Shown here piece after piece: positions 31,989 through 44,525 of a stretch of 64,000 nt of DNA. Position 1 is the stretch's first letter, and every line of letters begins with the position of its first letter. The position numbers were made by a program, and so were the translations under genes. A model generated the notes under the pieces. That model searched no databases. It saw only the letters and a list, made by a program, of their open reading frames with translations, and was not told the DNA's origin. The stretch spans positions 160,001 through 224,000 of the forward strand of contig CAXXMU010000002.1 in the NCBI GenBank assembly GCA_963667785.2, written 5' to 3'. The DNA comes from Alphaproteobacteria bacterium. GTDB taxonomy: Bacteria > Pseudomonadota > Alphaproteobacteria > UBA828.

Positions 31989-32708
31989 ATGTCAGATGTC
32001 CAGCAAGTCCTCGACCACGTACGTCGACTGATCGATCTCGATGCCGCTGCCCTCGACGACGAATTCTACCCGGCTCACCTGTCTGTAGCACTCATTGACG
32101 CGGTCTTTACTACGAGATTATCTTATGAGAAGCAAGTAATCCCGGTCATCAATAGGTATTGTCGTCGCTTTAGAGTTCGCCGAGTGAGAGCCGACCGTTG
32201 TTCTCTTCCTGCCACCGAAGAGCAGGAAACATTAGTCGATCTTATTGGTCATTACGATGAGCTCGGTCGGAGTGGGATGCAGGAGCAAGTCTTTAGGGTC
32301 CGGTACTGCTCCCCTGGTACCAAGATTCTGAAATCAGAGAACGTCCTCAACGCAGCGCTCGCGCTTAGGGGTATAGGAATCGACACGCTCCAAGACGCTG
32401 CATCCAAGACGCCGCAGGAAGTGAAGTGTGTACTTCGTCCTCTTCATGGAATTGGTGACCGGACCATTCACATGCTCTTGATGTACACGGGCAACGACGA
32501 CTTCGTGAAGGGAGATGTCCATATCTGCAGATTTGTAGCCAACGCACTTGAACGAGGGAAGGTTTCGGCTGAAGAGGCAGAGCGGCTTGTCCGCGAGGCT
32601 GCAGAAGCGTTGTATATTGCTCCTCGGCTACTGGACTACGAGATTTGGAAGTTCGGGGCTATGCAAATAAGTGGCAAAGAGAAAAGAATCTGTGCCGGTG
32701 TCAGGTAG
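31989..32708 (+). CDS. HhH-GPD superfamily (DNA glycosylase-like) protein, low GC
   Basis: LHGIGDRT..MLL helix-hairpin-helix, VKGDVHICRFV (GPD-like Asp), LLDYEIW; AT-rich codons (tta, att, gta) unlike the flanks. Confidence 0.6.
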   Translation: MSDVQQVLDHVRRLIDLDAAALDDEFYPAHLSVALIDAVFTTRLSYEKQVIPVINRYCRRFRVRRVRADRCSLPATEEQETLVDLIGHYDELGRSGMQEQVFRVRYCSPGTKILKSENVLNAALALRGIGIDTLQDAASKTPQEVKCVLRPLHGIGDRTIHMLLMYTGNDDFVKGDVHICRFVANALERGKVSAEEAERLVREAAEALYIAPRLLDYEIWKFGAMQISGKEKRICAGVR

Positions 32709-32793
32709 CTTCGTTAACTCAGATCGTACTCTTTAGACCGCAACTCTCTCGATTCTCTTTGGGCGGTAGTTGCGGCCATCAACGTCAGCAAAC

Positions 32794-33723
32794 TCATGCG
32801 AAGCTCCTAGTGTTGTCCGCTCGCCTTGCCTCCGGCGTCGCCTGGCCGAATTGCGCCGCCTCCCAGCCCAGCATGACGCGCTTTCTAGCGGGGCCCCACT
32901 CGTAGTTGGAGATGCGGCCCGTGCGCCGTATCACCCGATGGCACGGGATCAGGTAGGAGATCGGGTTGGCGGCGACGGCGCCGCCGATCGCGCGCGCGCC
33001 GCGCGGCAGTCCCAGCGACCCGGCCAGCGCCTGATAGGAGGTGACGCGGCCGGGCGGAATGCACAGCAGCGCCTCCCACACCTTGAGCTGGAAGTTGGTG
33101 CCGCTGACGGCGAGGCGGAGAGGCTCGCGGCGGGCCTGCTGCGGATCGAAGATACGCGCCGCAATGGCGGCGGTGGTGCCACGATCTTCGCGGAAGCGCG
33201 CGGCGGGCCAGCGCCGCTCGAACTCGGCGCAGACGGTGTCCGTGGTGCTGGCGCCGTCGCCGTCGGCGAAACCGAGCGCGCAGATGCCGCGCGCCGTGAG
33301 GCCGACGAAGCAGGGGCCGAACGGGCTCGGGTGCATGCCCCAGGCGATCTCCACCCCCTCGCCGCCGCGCTTGAAGGCACCGGGGCTCATCGCCTCGTAG
33401 GTCACGAAGAGATCGTGCAGCCGGGCCGGGCCGGAGAGGCCAGTGTCAAAGGCGGCATCGAGGATCGAGGCCGACGCCGCGAGCTGCGCCTTGGCGTATT
33501 CCAGCGAGAGATACTGGCCGAAGCGCTTGGGCGAGATACCCGCCCAGCGCCGGAACAGGCGTTGGAAATGGTAATGGCTGAGCCCTGCTGCATCCGCTAC
33601 CTCATCGAGGCTCGGCTGATCGCGGAAGTGCGCCTCGAGGTAGAGGATCGCGGCCTCGATGCGGGCGTAGTCGCGGGCGTTCCCCGCGATGTCCCGGTCG
33701 TTCTGTGTGGCTGTCGTCGTCAT
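32794..33723 (-). CDS. AraC-HTH / O6-methylguanine-DNA methyltransferase (Ada-like, no N-terminal Zn domain)
   Basis: QPSLDEVA..AGLS.YHFQRLF..WAGISPK, GTNFQLKVWEAL, IPCHRV active site. Confidence 0.9.
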   Translation of the reverse strand: MTTTATQNDRDIAGNARDYARIEAAILYLEAHFRDQPSLDEVADAAGLSHYHFQRLFRRWAGISPKRFGQYLSLEYAKAQLAASASILDAAFDTGLSGPARLHDLFVTYEAMSPGAFKRGGEGVEIAWGMHPSPFGPCFVGLTARGICALGFADGDGASTTDTVCAEFERRWPAARFREDRGTTAAIAARIFDPQQARREPLRLAVSGTNFQLKVWEALLCIPPGRVTSYQALAGSLGLPRGARAIGGAVAANPISYLIPCHRVIRRTGRISNYEWGPARKRVMLGWEAAQFGQATPEARRADNTRSFA

Positions 33724-33890
33724 GGCGGCCCTCCTGAGCCGCCACCCTAGGGAGCGCGAAGGCGCCCCGCCACCCGATAGTTGCGCCGGCCGCACGATGG
33801 TCGAGACCGAGACACGGTCACGGGTTCGAGCAGACTCGGGTGAAGGTATTGGGAGCGGCGCAGCGTTCGGTTGGCGGCGGGATTGAAGCG

Positions 33891-33912
33891 GATTAATGTA
33901 GTAACATAAATC
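33891..33912. promoter_or_regulatory. Imperfect palindrome, candidate BrnA autoregulatory operator
   Basis: GATTAATGT-agta-ACATAAATC directly abutting the brnT ATG. Confidence 0.55.
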
Positions 33913-34185
33913 ATGCCGGTAGAGTTCGATCAGCGAAAGCATGCCGCGACCCTTCAAGCCCGGGGGCTGGACATGGGACGGGCCGGAGAGGTGTTCGCCG
34001 GCGCCACGCTGACCGTAGAGGACGACAGGCGAGACTATGGCGAGGATCGCTTCATCACCATCGGGTTCCTCGACAACACGATGGTGGTTCTGGCCTGGAC
34101 GCCGCGCGGCGGCGCGCACCGGATCATCAGCATGAGGAAGGCCAATGAACGGGAACGAGCGCTCTACGGCCCGCGATTCCGATAG
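33913..34185 (+). CDS. brnT: BrnT family toxin (ribonuclease)
   Basis: EFD..K, DDRRDYGEDRFITIG, RIISMRKANERE. Confidence 0.88.
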   Translation: MPVEFDQRKHAATLQARGLDMGRAGEVFAGATLTVEDDRRDYGEDRFITIGFLDNTMVVLAWTPRGGAHRIISMRKANERERALYGPRFR

Positions 34186-34402
34186 GGATGACGCGCCGGA
34201 TCTGACCGGGGACGGCTGGCCCGAGAAGTTCGCCAAGGCAAAGGTTCGCCGGGGGCGGCCGCCGGCCGCCAGGCCGAAGGTGTCGACCACGATCCGCCTT
34301 TCGCCGGATGTGATCGAACACTTCAAGGCCGAGGGCCGCGGATGGCAGACGCGGATCGACGAGGCGCTTCGCGAATGGATCAGGAAGCGCGGCGCGGCAT
34401 GA
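34145..34402 (+). CDS. brnA: BrnA family antitoxin (RHH)
   Basis: DDAPDL, RGRP, KVSTTIRLSPDVIEHFKAEGRGWQTRID; overlaps brnT. Confidence 0.88.
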   Translation: MNGNERSTARDSDRDDAPDLTGDGWPEKFAKAKVRRGRPPAARPKVSTTIRLSPDVIEHFKAEGRGWQTRIDEALREWIRKRGAA

Positions 34403-34415
34403 TCCTTGCCGCGCG

Positions 34416-35216
34416 CTAGTCTGCCGGCTTCACCGTCACGCCGTGGTTGATCGGCCCGTGGCCTGCGCCGTAGCCCGGCGCGGTCTCGATCGCCCGCCGC
34501 AGATAGGTCCGCGCCCGCGCGACCGCGGCGACGAGGTCCATTCCCTGCGCGATCCCGGTCGCGATGGCGGACGCGAGCGTGCAGCCCGTGCCGTGGGTGT
34601 GGCGGCTCGCGATCCTGGGCGCCTCGAAGCGCTCGAGTCCGCCGGGGTGGCTCAGGAGGTCGGTGACCAGGTCCGACTCCAGATGGCCGCCCTTGACCAG
34701 GACGGCGCGAGGCCCCAGCCGATGAATTCGCTCGGCCGCGCGGGCCATGCCGTCGACCGTGGCGATGGCAAGCCCGGTCAGCCGCTCCGCCTCCGGAATG
34801 TTGGGAGTCACCAGATCGGCCCGGCCGACGAGGCGGGTGGCGAGCGCGCGCATGGCAGACGGCTCCAGCAACGCCGCGCCGCCCTTGGCCACGAGCACGG
34901 GGTCGACCACGAGCGGCACGTCGGCGCCGTGCTCCGCCGCGGTGTCCGCGATCGCCTCGATGATCGGCACGCTGTGGATCATCCCGGTCTTGATGCAGTC
35001 GGCGCCGATGTCGGCGAGGACCACGCGCATCTGCCGGGCGACGAACGCCGCCGGCACCGGGTGAACGTCGTGCACGGTGCGGGTGTCCTGCGCGGTCAGC
35101 GCGGTGACGGCGGTCGCGGCATAGCCGCCGAGCGCGGTCACGGTCTTGATGTCGGCCTGAATCCCGGCGCCGCCACCGGAATCGGAGCCGGCGGCGATGA
35201 GCACCCGGCCCTTCAT
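34416..35216 (-). CDS. thiD: Hydroxymethylpyrimidine/phosphomethylpyrimidine kinase
   Basis: [44 protein letters not shown]. Confidence 0.95.
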   Translation of the reverse strand: MKGRVLIAAGSDSGGGAGIQADIKTVTALGGYAATAVTALTAQDTRTVHDVHPVPAAFVARQMRVVLADIGADCIKTGMIHSVPIIEAIADTAAEHGADVPLVVDPVLVAKGGAALLEPSAMRALATRLVGRADLVTPNIPEAERLTGLAIATVDGMARAAERIHRLGPRAVLVKGGHLESDLVTDLLSHPGGLERFEAPRIASRHTHGTGCTLASAIATGIAQGMDLVAAVARARTYLRRAIETAPGYGAGHGPINHGVTVKPAD

Positions 35217-36622
35217 TGCGCGGCCGCGCCGGTGCGCTCCCCCGCCTGCTCGGCCGCCTCGATCACGGCGGCGGCAACGTCGTCGATCACCGCCGAGACC
35301 AGCGCCTCGTCGTCGCCTTCGGCCATCAGGCGGATCACCGGCTCGGTGCCGGACGGGCGGACGACGAGGCGGCCGCGATCGCCGAGCCGTGCCTCGGCCG
35401 CTGCGATCGCCGCCTGCGCGCGTGGGCTCCGGAGCGGGTCCCCGCCCGTGACCCGGACGTTGCGGAGCAACTGGGGCAGGGCGTCGAAGAGGCGCGTCGC
35501 GTCGCTCGCCCGGCGCCCGGTCGCCGCCAGAGCCGCCAGGGTCTGAAGCGCCGCCATCAGGCCGTCGCCGGTGGTCGAGTGGTCGCCGAGCACGATGTGG
35601 CCCGACTGCTCGCCGCCGAGGTTGAACCCGTGTTGCCTCATGTGCTCGACGACGTAGCGGTCGCCGACGCGGGTGCGCGCGAGAGCGAGGCCGCTATCCG
35701 CCAGGTAGCGCTCGAGCCCCAGATTGGACATGATCGTCGCGACCACGCCGCCGCCCTTGAGCCGTCCCTCATCGGCCCAGTGCGAGGCGATCAACGCCAT
35801 GATGTGGTCGCCGTCGATCGCTTTCCCGTTCTCGTCGCACATCACCACCCGGTCGGCGTCGCCGTCCAGCGCGATTCCGATGTCGGCGCCGCGCTCGACC
35901 ACGGTGCGCGCGAGCAGGGCCGTGTCGGTGGAGCCGCAGCCTTCGTTTATGTTCAGCCCGTCCGGCTCGGCGCCGATCGTGACGACCTCGGCGCCCAGCT
36001 CCCACAGCACGGTGGGCGCCACCTTGTAGGCGGCGCCATGGGCGCAGTCGATCACGATGCGGCTGCCCTCGAGCCCGAGCGGCCGCGGAAAGCTGTTCTT
36101 GACGAACTCGATGTAGCGGCCCTCGGCGTCGTCGAGGCGCCGCGCGCGGCCGAGCGCTTCCGGCGCCGCCAGTCCCTGCACGCCGGCAGCGACGCCGGCC
36201 TCGATCCGCGCCTCCATCTCGTCGGAGAGCTTGTAGCCGTCCGGCCCGAAGAGCTTGATGCCGTTGTCGGCGAACGGGTTGTGCGAGGCGGAGATCATGA
36301 CGCCGAGATCGGCCCTGAGCGCGCGGGTGAGCATCGCCACGGCGGGCGTCGGCATCGGCCCGACCAGGACGACGTCCATGCCGACCGAGATGAAGCCGGC
36401 CGTCAGCGCGGATTCGAACAGGTAGCCCGAGAGTCGCGTGTCCTTGCCGATGACGATGCGGTGCCGGTGGTCGCCGCGCAGAAAGAGGCTGCCGGCTGCC
36501 GCGCCCACCTTCATCACGGTCTCGGCGGTCATCGGCTCCCGATTCGCGACGCCGCGGATGCCGTCGGTGCCGAAGAGGGGCCGCGGCGTCCCGCGCGCGC
36601 CATCGTCGCTGGCGCGGCTCAT
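35213..36622 (-). CDS. glmM: Phosphoglucosamine mutase
   Basis: [25 protein letters not shown] phospho-Ser motif, DGDADR, GGEQSGH, RPSGTEP. Confidence 0.95.
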   Translation of the reverse strand: MSRASDDGARGTPRPLFGTDGIRGVANREPMTAETVMKVGAAAGSLFLRGDHRHRIVIGKDTRLSGYLFESALTAGFISVGMDVVLVGPMPTPAVAMLTRALRADLGVMISASHNPFADNGIKLFGPDGYKLSDEMEARIEAGVAAGVQGLAAPEALGRARRLDDAEGRYIEFVKNSFPRPLGLEGSRIVIDCAHGAAYKVAPTVLWELGAEVVTIGAEPDGLNINEGCGSTDTALLARTVVERGADIGIALDGDADRVVMCDENGKAIDGDHIMALIASHWADEGRLKGGGVVATIMSNLGLERYLADSGLALARTRVGDRYVVEHMRQHGFNLGGEQSGHIVLGDHSTTGDGLMAALQTLAALAATGRRASDATRLFDALPQLLRNVRVTGGDPLRSPRAQAAIAAAEARLGDRGRLVVRPSGTEPVIRLMAEGDDEALVSAVIDDVAAAVIEAAEQAGERTGAAAQ

Positions 36623-37731
36623 CGGGGCGCACTCGCGGCAGCCGAGGCGGGATCGCGAATGCCGCGCCACAGCGCAAGCGCCTGGCGCGTCTCCGCCACG
36701 TCGTGCACGCGCAGGATATGCGCGCCTTCGCCCAGCGCATGCAGCCCGGCGGCGAGCGAGCCCGGCAACCGCTCCTTGGGCGCTTCGCCCGCGCTGAGGC
36801 GGCCGATGAAGCTCTTGCGCGAGACGCCGGCCAGCAGCGGGCAGCCGAGGCCGTGGAAGAGCGTGCAGTCGCGCAGGAGCTCCAGGTTGTGGCGCGCGGT
36901 CTTGCCGAAGCCGATACCGGGATCGACGATGAGCCTGTCGCGCGGGATTCCGGCCGCCTCGGCCGCGCGAACGTGCGCCGCCAGCGTGTCGAAGACGTCG
37001 AGGCTCGCGTCGACGTAGCGCGGCTCCCGCTGCATCGTCTCCGGCGTCCCCTGCATGTGGACGAGCACGGCCCACGCACGATGCCGGGCGACGACCGCGC
37101 GGGCCCGGTCGTCGTGGCCGAGCGCGCTGACGTCGTTCACCATGCGGGCGCCGGCCGAGAGCGCGGCGTCCATCACCGCAGCGCGGCGGGTGTCGACGGA
37201 GACGAGAATCCCGGCCCCGGCGAGCGCGCGCACCACCGGCAGCACCCGGCGCATCTCCTCTTCCTCGCTCGGCGGCTGCGAGCCGGGGCGGGTCGATTCG
37301 CCGCCCACGTCGACGATGTCCGCGCCGGCCTCGGCCATGGCACGGCCGTGCGCGATCGCATCCCGCTCGGCGGCATGGTCGCCGCCGTCGGAGAAGCTGT
37401 CGGGCGTCACGTTGAGGACGCCCATCAGCCGCGGCCGGTCCAGGGCAAGGCCGCCGACCGGGCCGCGCGGCGCGGCGAGGCGAGCGTTGAGCGCGGCGAT
37501 GTCGTCTGCGACGCCCGGGGCATTCTTCTCGGCCCAGCGGGCGAGCACGGCATGCTGCAGCCGCACCCGCCGGCGCTCGGGCCGGCCGCGGAACAGCACG
37601 TCCACCAGGTCGAAGGCGAGCGTGGCGCCGGCGACCGGGTTGCAGGGCCTGAGGTAGACAGAGCCTTCGCGCGGCTGCGGCTGGGCGCCTTCCTCGGCCG
37701 CCGCCGGCTCTCTCAGGGGAACTGCCGGCAC
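36619..37731 (-). CDS. folP: Dihydropteroate synthase with N-terminal extension
   Basis: [42 protein letters not shown]; start approximate. Confidence 0.9.
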   Translation of the reverse strand: MPAVPLREPAAAEEGAQPQPREGSVYLRPCNPVAGATLAFDLVDVLFRGRPERRRVRLQHAVLARWAEKNAPGVADDIAALNARLAAPRGPVGGLALDRPRLMGVLNVTPDSFSDGGDHAAERDAIAHGRAMAEAGADIVDVGGESTRPGSQPPSEEEEMRRVLPVVRALAGAGILVSVDTRRAAVMDAALSAGARMVNDVSALGHDDRARAVVARHRAWAVLVHMQGTPETMQREPRYVDASLDVFDTLAAHVRAAEAAGIPRDRLIVDPGIGFGKTARHNLELLRDCTLFHGLGCPLLAGVSRKSFIGRLSAGEAPKERLPGSLAAGLHALGEGAHILRVHDVAETRQALALWRGIRDPASAAASAPR

Positions 37732-37747
37732 GACAGCCGGGCCGGGA

Positions 37748-39676
<1,929 letters not shown>

Positions 39677-39798
39677 CGCTCGGCCTCCGGTCGTTCGTGC
39701 GCCCGCCGCTCGCAGGCGCTTCAACTATTGCCGCGGCCAAGTACTGGCCGCCCGTGCGCCCAGTGTACGCCGCGCATCCAGTGTACACGACAATGACT

Positions 39799-41259
39799 TC
39801 ACGGGCGATCAATAGTCTCGTCACTGCTTTCTTCCTGTTTCGGCAGGACGCGGAGCGTTGCCGGAAGACCGGATGCCAGGGGATGCGCGGGCCGGAACGA
39901 CGCCGTGAACGCTGCGGCGCCGGCCTCGTTCCGCTCCACTTCCCTCGTGAACTGCAGGTGGGGTGCGGAGAGCGGGCCGTCAAGGTCGAACAGCGCCGGC
40001 AATGCCGGTCGCGCCGGCGCCGGAACGTGGCCGGTCCAGAGCGGCATGCCGGCATCGCGCGCCAGCGCTCGCGCCTGGGCAAGTCCATCGAGTCCGAGTC
40101 GGCACACGACGAACGGCCCCGGCCCGGCAGCGCGGCCAAGGGCGACGACGAAGCGGCGGTCCCAGAGGACCCTCTCGCCCGGCGCGAGCGGGCGCACCTC
40201 TGCGGCCGCCGCCGGCTCGCGACAGACGATAAGCCTGCCGTCCCGCGGGACGACGCGGCAGCCGCCGAGAGTGGCGGCGCTGTCGCGCTCGCCGAGCACT
40301 CGGTCCGCAAGCCGCTCCAGCCGCTCCAGCCGCGGGGGATGAGGGGCGCCGGAGACCATGGTGACGGCGCGGCCGAGCGCGCGAAGCGCCAGCGCCGGCG
40401 GCGCCCGGCGCAGGCCGTCCGGGTCGAGGGTCACGAAGCCCGCAGGCGAGGGGTGCGCGCAGATGGCCAGCAGATCGCCGACGAGTCGGTCGAGCGCAGC
40501 CCGGTCGCGTGCGGCCCGGCCTGCGCTCCGCGCCAGCCGCGTGGCACTCAGCCCTTCCGCCCCGAGATGCGCCAGCGCGCGCGCGAGTCGCGGTCGCGCA
40601 TGGTGCATGTCGCGGTTGGACCGGTCGTCGATCCAGGGCTGGTCCCGGCGGGCCAGTGTCGCTCCGAGCGCCTCGCGCGGCACGGGAAGAAGGGGGCGAA
40701 GCAGGCGGACGCCACCGCCCGCCGGCTCCAGTGCCAGGCGAACGGGCGCCATGGCCGCAAGCCCGTCGATGCCGCTCCCCCGGACGAGCCGCTGCAGCGC
40801 CGTCTCCGCCTGATCCTCCCGCTGGTGGCCGAGCAGAAGGTGGAGCACGCGCGCACGCCAGCACCAGCCGGTGAGCAGTGCAAGGCGCGCGACCCGTGCC
40901 TCCTCCTGAATCCGGCTGCGGCGCCGCGTGCCGCGCCAGCGCAGCGTGCTGTGGGCGATGCTGCGGGCGGCGAGCCAGTGCCCCACCTGGCGTGCCTCGG
41001 CGCCCGATTCCGGGCGCAGGCGATGATCGACCGTCAGTGCATGGACCGTGCCGCCGCGCGCCCGCGCCCAGCGATCGGCGAGCAGGCAGAGGGCCAGGCT
41101 GTCGCAGCCGCCGGACACTGCGACGGCGATCCGGGGCCTGGGCTCGAACGGGCCGAGCGGCGCCATGAGCGCCTCGAATGCGGCCGACTCGACCGGCGTG
41201 GCAGTGAGAGACGCGCTCTCCGGCGGGACGATGCGGGGCACGGTCACGCGCGGAGACAC
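39799..41259 (-). CDS. tilS: tRNA(Ile)-lysidine synthetase
   Basis: AVSGGCDS PP-loop, VDHRLR, GH..EDQAET, RPLL; conserved position between cpoB and ftsH; start approximate. Confidence 0.9.
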   Translation of the reverse strand: MSPRVTVPRIVPPESASLTATPVESAAFEALMAPLGPFEPRPRIAVAVSGGCDSLALCLLADRWARARGGTVHALTVDHRLRPESGAEARQVGHWLAARSIAHSTLRWRGTRRRSRIQEEARVARLALLTGWCWRARVLHLLLGHQREDQAETALQRLVRGSGIDGLAAMAPVRLALEPAGGGVRLLRPLLPVPREALGATLARRDQPWIDDRSNRDMHHARPRLARALAHLGAEGLSATRLARSAGRAARDRAALDRLVGDLLAICAHPSPAGFVTLDPDGLRRAPPALALRALGRAVTMVSGAPHPPRLERLERLADRVLGERDSAATLGGCRVVPRDGRLIVCREPAAAAEVRPLAPGERVLWDRRFVVALGRAAGPGPFVVCRLGLDGLAQARALARDAGMPLWTGHVPAPARPALPALFDLDGPLSAPHLQFTREVERNEAGAAAFTASFRPAHPLASGLPATLRVLPKQEESSDETIDRP

Positions 41260-41266
41260 CCCACGC

Positions 41267-42307
41267 TCAGGGGCAGTTCGCCTGCCGCTGCCCCTGCTGC
41301 GCTGCCCGGCGGATATTGAGCGGCGGGTCGGGAAAGGTCTGCTCGAGCTGCGCGAAGGTCCGGCAGGCCTCGTCGCTGCGTTCCAGCCTGATCAGTGTCA
41401 TGCCGAGCTTGACCATGTTGTCGGGTGCCTTTCGGCCCTCCGGGAAGTCTCGCAGGTTGAGGGCGTAGCAGCGCGCCGCCTCGCCGAACATCTTCCTGGC
41501 GTAGAGCGTCTCGCAGCGCCAGTAGCTCGCGTTGGGCGCCAGCTCGTTCGCGGGATGGATCTCGAGGAAGCGCGTGAGCGCGTCGTATGCCTCCTGGAAG
41601 CCGCCGGCTTCGAGGATCGCGAACGCCTCCTTGTACCGCTCGTCGGGCGTCAGCGCCCGTTCCGGCTCGCCGCCCGCCGGCTCGTCGGCCGGAATGAGGC
41701 CGAGGGTCTCGACGGAACTCGCCGGCCCGTCGCCGGCTTGCCGGTCGGGCTCGATGCCGGCAACGACCTGGCTGGTCGCGGGCTCTGCCGTGGGCCCGTC
41801 GTCGGTGGTGGCGGCGGATGCCGTGCCGGATACCTGCCCCGGTCCCCGCTCGAGAGCGGACAGCCTGAAGTCCACATCGGCGACGAGCCGTTCGATGCGG
41901 CCCTCGATTCGCCGCAGCTTGTTGTCGAGCTCTTCGAAGCGGCCGGTGACCACCCGCCGCCACTCCCTGGTCTCGTCGATGGCGGTCTCGAGCTCGGCCA
42001 GTCTCCGGCTGTTCCGCTCCCCGATCGCGTCGTTCGGCCCGGCCTGGGGCGCGGCGGCCTTCGGCTCGGCGCGGGTGTGAACCACCCTCTCCAGATCGGC
42101 GAGCTGCGCGCGCAGGCTGACGACCTGGTTCTTCAGTTCGTTGATCTGGCTGTTGAGATGGGCAGGGGACTGGGCATCCGCCGTGGTCGCGCCCAGCGTT
42201 GCCGCCAGCGCCGCGATCACGACCAGCGCCGTCGCTGGCCACGCCCTCGTGCGCCGCCGCCCGGGTCTCGCCGCCCCGTCCGACGAGGCGGCCGCGTTGC
42301 CGCGCAT
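41267..42307 (-). CDS. cpoB: Tol-Pal system protein YbgF/CpoB (coiled coil + TPR)
   Basis: Signal peptide, coiled coil, LAPNASYW...KAPDNMVKLG...EAC TPR region; follows pal. Confidence 0.85.
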   Translation of the reverse strand: MRGNAAASSDGAARPGRRRTRAWPATALVVIAALAATLGATTADAQSPAHLNSQINELKNQVVSLRAQLADLERVVHTRAEPKAAAPQAGPNDAIGERNSRRLAELETAIDETREWRRVVTGRFEELDNKLRRIEGRIERLVADVDFRLSALERGPGQVSGTASAATTDDGPTAEPATSQVVAGIEPDRQAGDGPASSVETLGLIPADEPAGGEPERALTPDERYKEAFAILEAGGFQEAYDALTRFLEIHPANELAPNASYWRCETLYARKMFGEAARCYALNLRDFPEGRKAPDNMVKLGMTLIRLERSDEACRTFAQLEQTFPDPPLNIRRAAQQGQRQANCP

Positions 42308-42329
42308 CGCCCGTCCGACTCCCGTCCGG

Positions 42330-42893
42330 CTAGTTCAGCTCCTTGACCGAGACGGCGCGCCGGTTGAGAGCCCACGCCTCCTCGTTGTGATCGAGGGCAT
42401 AGGGCCGTTCCTTGCCGTACGAGATCGTCGTCAGGCGCGATGGCGCGATGCCCTGGGTGATCAGATACTCGCGCACGGCGTTGGCGCGGCGCTCACCCAG
42501 CGCGAGGTTGTATTCCCGCGTTCCCCGCTCGTCGCAATGGCCCTCGATGATCAGGGAGTTCTCCGGGAACAGCCTGAGCCATTCGGCTTGTCGCTCCAGC
42601 GTCCGGCGTGCATCCGCGTCGAGGACGGCGCTGTCGAGCGCGAAGAAGACGCGGTCGCCGACCCTCTGAACCAGATCCTGGTGCGATCCCGGCTCCGGCA
42701 GGGCCGGATCGGGGGGTTCTGCCAGCGGTTCCTCGGGCTCCACGACGACGACCTCCGGCTCAGGGGCCGCCGGCTCAAGTTCCTGTTGGAGCTCGACACC
42801 TTCGCTCACGGCGGAGCTGTCTTCCTCGGGCGTGCTCTCGCATGCAGCCAGGGCGAACACCGCCACAAGCGGCACGATCAGTCTCAGTCGCAT
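42330..42893 (-). CDS. pal: Peptidoglycan-associated lipoprotein
   Basis: Lipobox LAAC, GDRVFF, IEGHCDERGTREYNLALGERRA, SYGKERP, NRRA. Confidence 0.95.
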   Translation of the reverse strand: MRLRLIVPLVAVFALAACESTPEEDSSAVSEGVELQQELEPAAPEPEVVVVEPEEPLAEPPDPALPEPGSHQDLVQRVGDRVFFALDSAVLDADARRTLERQAEWLRLFPENSLIIEGHCDERGTREYNLALGERRANAVREYLITQGIAPSRLTTISYGKERPYALDHNEEAWALNRRAVSVKELN

Positions 42894-43101
42894 TCAGACG
42901 CTCTCCTTCATCAATGAGCGGGGAGCGGAACCCTCGAGGTCCCGTCCATGTCCGGCCGGCTTCCCACCGATCATCAGGCGACAGAGCGCGGCACAAAGCA
43001 TTTCGGAACGCCGCGGAACGGGGCCGCTGCCATGGCGGCGGCCACAATGGAAATCGAGGCGACTATAGCTTTGCGTCATGACCCTATCAACGGCAGCCAT
43101 G

Positions 43102-44454
43102 CTAATTCAGCGGTGACCAGGCGGGATCCGATGCCGCCGTGCTGGTAAACAGGATGCGCTCGTTCCGCCCCGTCAGGTCGATGGTCACCAGCTCGGCGCT
43201 GTCGGGATCGCGCGAGCTGGAGCGGAAGAACATGAGCACGCGGCCGTTGGGCGCCCAGGTCGGGCCCTCGACCAGATAGTCCCGCGACAGGATTCGCTCG
43301 CCCGTGCCGTCGGGGCCGATGACGCCGATCGAGAACTGGCCGCGGTGGCTCTTGGTGAACGCGATCAGGTCGCCGCGCGGAGACCACACCGGAGTCCCGT
43401 AGCGCCCTTCGCCGAAGGTGATGCGGCGCACGTCGCTGCCGTCGCGCCGCATGACGTAGATCTGCTGGCTCCCGCCCCGGTCCGACTCGAAGGCGACGAA
43501 TTCTCCGTCGGGCGAATAGCAGGGCGCGGTCTCGATGGCCGGGTTGTCGGTGAGCTGCGTGACCCCGCGCGAGCGCAGGTCCATCTCGTAGATGTCGGAA
43601 TTGCCGTTGCGGGCGAAGGTCATGATGACCTTGTTGCCGTCGGGCGAGAAGCGCGGCGCGAAGGTCATGCCCGGAAAATCGCCGAGCACCTCCACCTGGC
43701 CCGTGTCGATCTGGCGCAGATACACCTTGGGCACCCCGCGCTCGTAGGAGAGATAGGTGATCTCCGGAGCGGTCGGCGAGAAGCGGGGCGTCAGCACCAG
43801 ATGCTCGCCGTCGGAGAGGTAATGCAGGTTGTGGCCGTCCTGATCCATGATCGCCAAGCGTTTGATTCGCCGATCCGGCGGTCCGGTCTCGGCGATGTAG
43901 ACGATGCGGGTGTTGAAGTAGCCGCTCTCGCCGGTCAGCCGCTCGTAGATCTTGTCGGACATGGTGTGGGCGATGGGTCGCCAGGCATCGGCCCCGCCGC
44001 TCAGCTTCAGCCCCACCAGCTGCTGCTCCGCGAACACGTCCCAGAGGCGGAACTCGACGGTGAGCCGCCCGGCGCCGCTCGGCACGACGCGGCCCGTCAC
44101 CAGCGCCTGCGCGTTGATGATCCGCCAGTCCTGGAAGCGCGGCCGTACCGTCATTCCCTCCGGCTCGCCGATGAAGGCCGCCGGGTCGAGCGGGCGGAAG
44201 AGGCCGGAGCGTTCCAGGTTGCGGGTGATGATCTCGGTGATCCTGCGGCCGACCTTCGCATCCGCCTCGCTCTCGCCGGCGAGGTCGACGAGGGCGATGG
44301 GCAGAGGGTCCGCGTGGCCGCGCGTGATGTCCACCCTGAGCTCGTCGCTCTCGTCGCTGGCGGTGGCGGCGGCCGCGAGGATCGTCAGCGCGAGGACGAG
44401 GGCGGCAGGCAGGGCCAGGGCGCGGTGCGCCGTGCGCGCAATCGGTCCGCTCAT
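43102..44454 (-). CDS. tolB: Tol-Pal beta-propeller protein TolB
   Basis: [14 protein letters not shown], repeated P.FSPDG/WSP motifs, DPAWSP C-terminus. Confidence 0.95.
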   Translation of the reverse strand: MSGPIARTAHRALALPAALVLALTILAAAATASDESDELRVDITRGHADPLPIALVDLAGESEADAKVGRRITEIITRNLERSGLFRPLDPAAFIGEPEGMTVRPRFQDWRIINAQALVTGRVVPSGAGRLTVEFRLWDVFAEQQLVGLKLSGGADAWRPIAHTMSDKIYERLTGESGYFNTRIVYIAETGPPDRRIKRLAIMDQDGHNLHYLSDGEHLVLTPRFSPTAPEITYLSYERGVPKVYLRQIDTGQVEVLGDFPGMTFAPRFSPDGNKVIMTFARNGNSDIYEMDLRSRGVTQLTDNPAIETAPCYSPDGEFVAFESDRGGSQQIYVMRRDGSDVRRITFGEGRYGTPVWSPRGDLIAFTKSHRGQFSIGVIGPDGTGERILSRDYLVEGPTWAPNGRVLMFFRSSSRDPDSAELVTIDLTGRNERILFTSTAASDPAWSPLN

Positions 44455-44525
44455 TGTCAGCTCTCGTCTCATCGTCGCACCGTTGCTTCCTGTCCTTCGA
44501 TTGGGCCCAAATTATGGCAGGCGCT

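Noticed and set aside
37460-37731. N-terminal extension on FolP as a novel fusion
   Set aside because: Similar extensions are common on alphaproteobacterial FolP as far as I recall, and the start codon is uncertain
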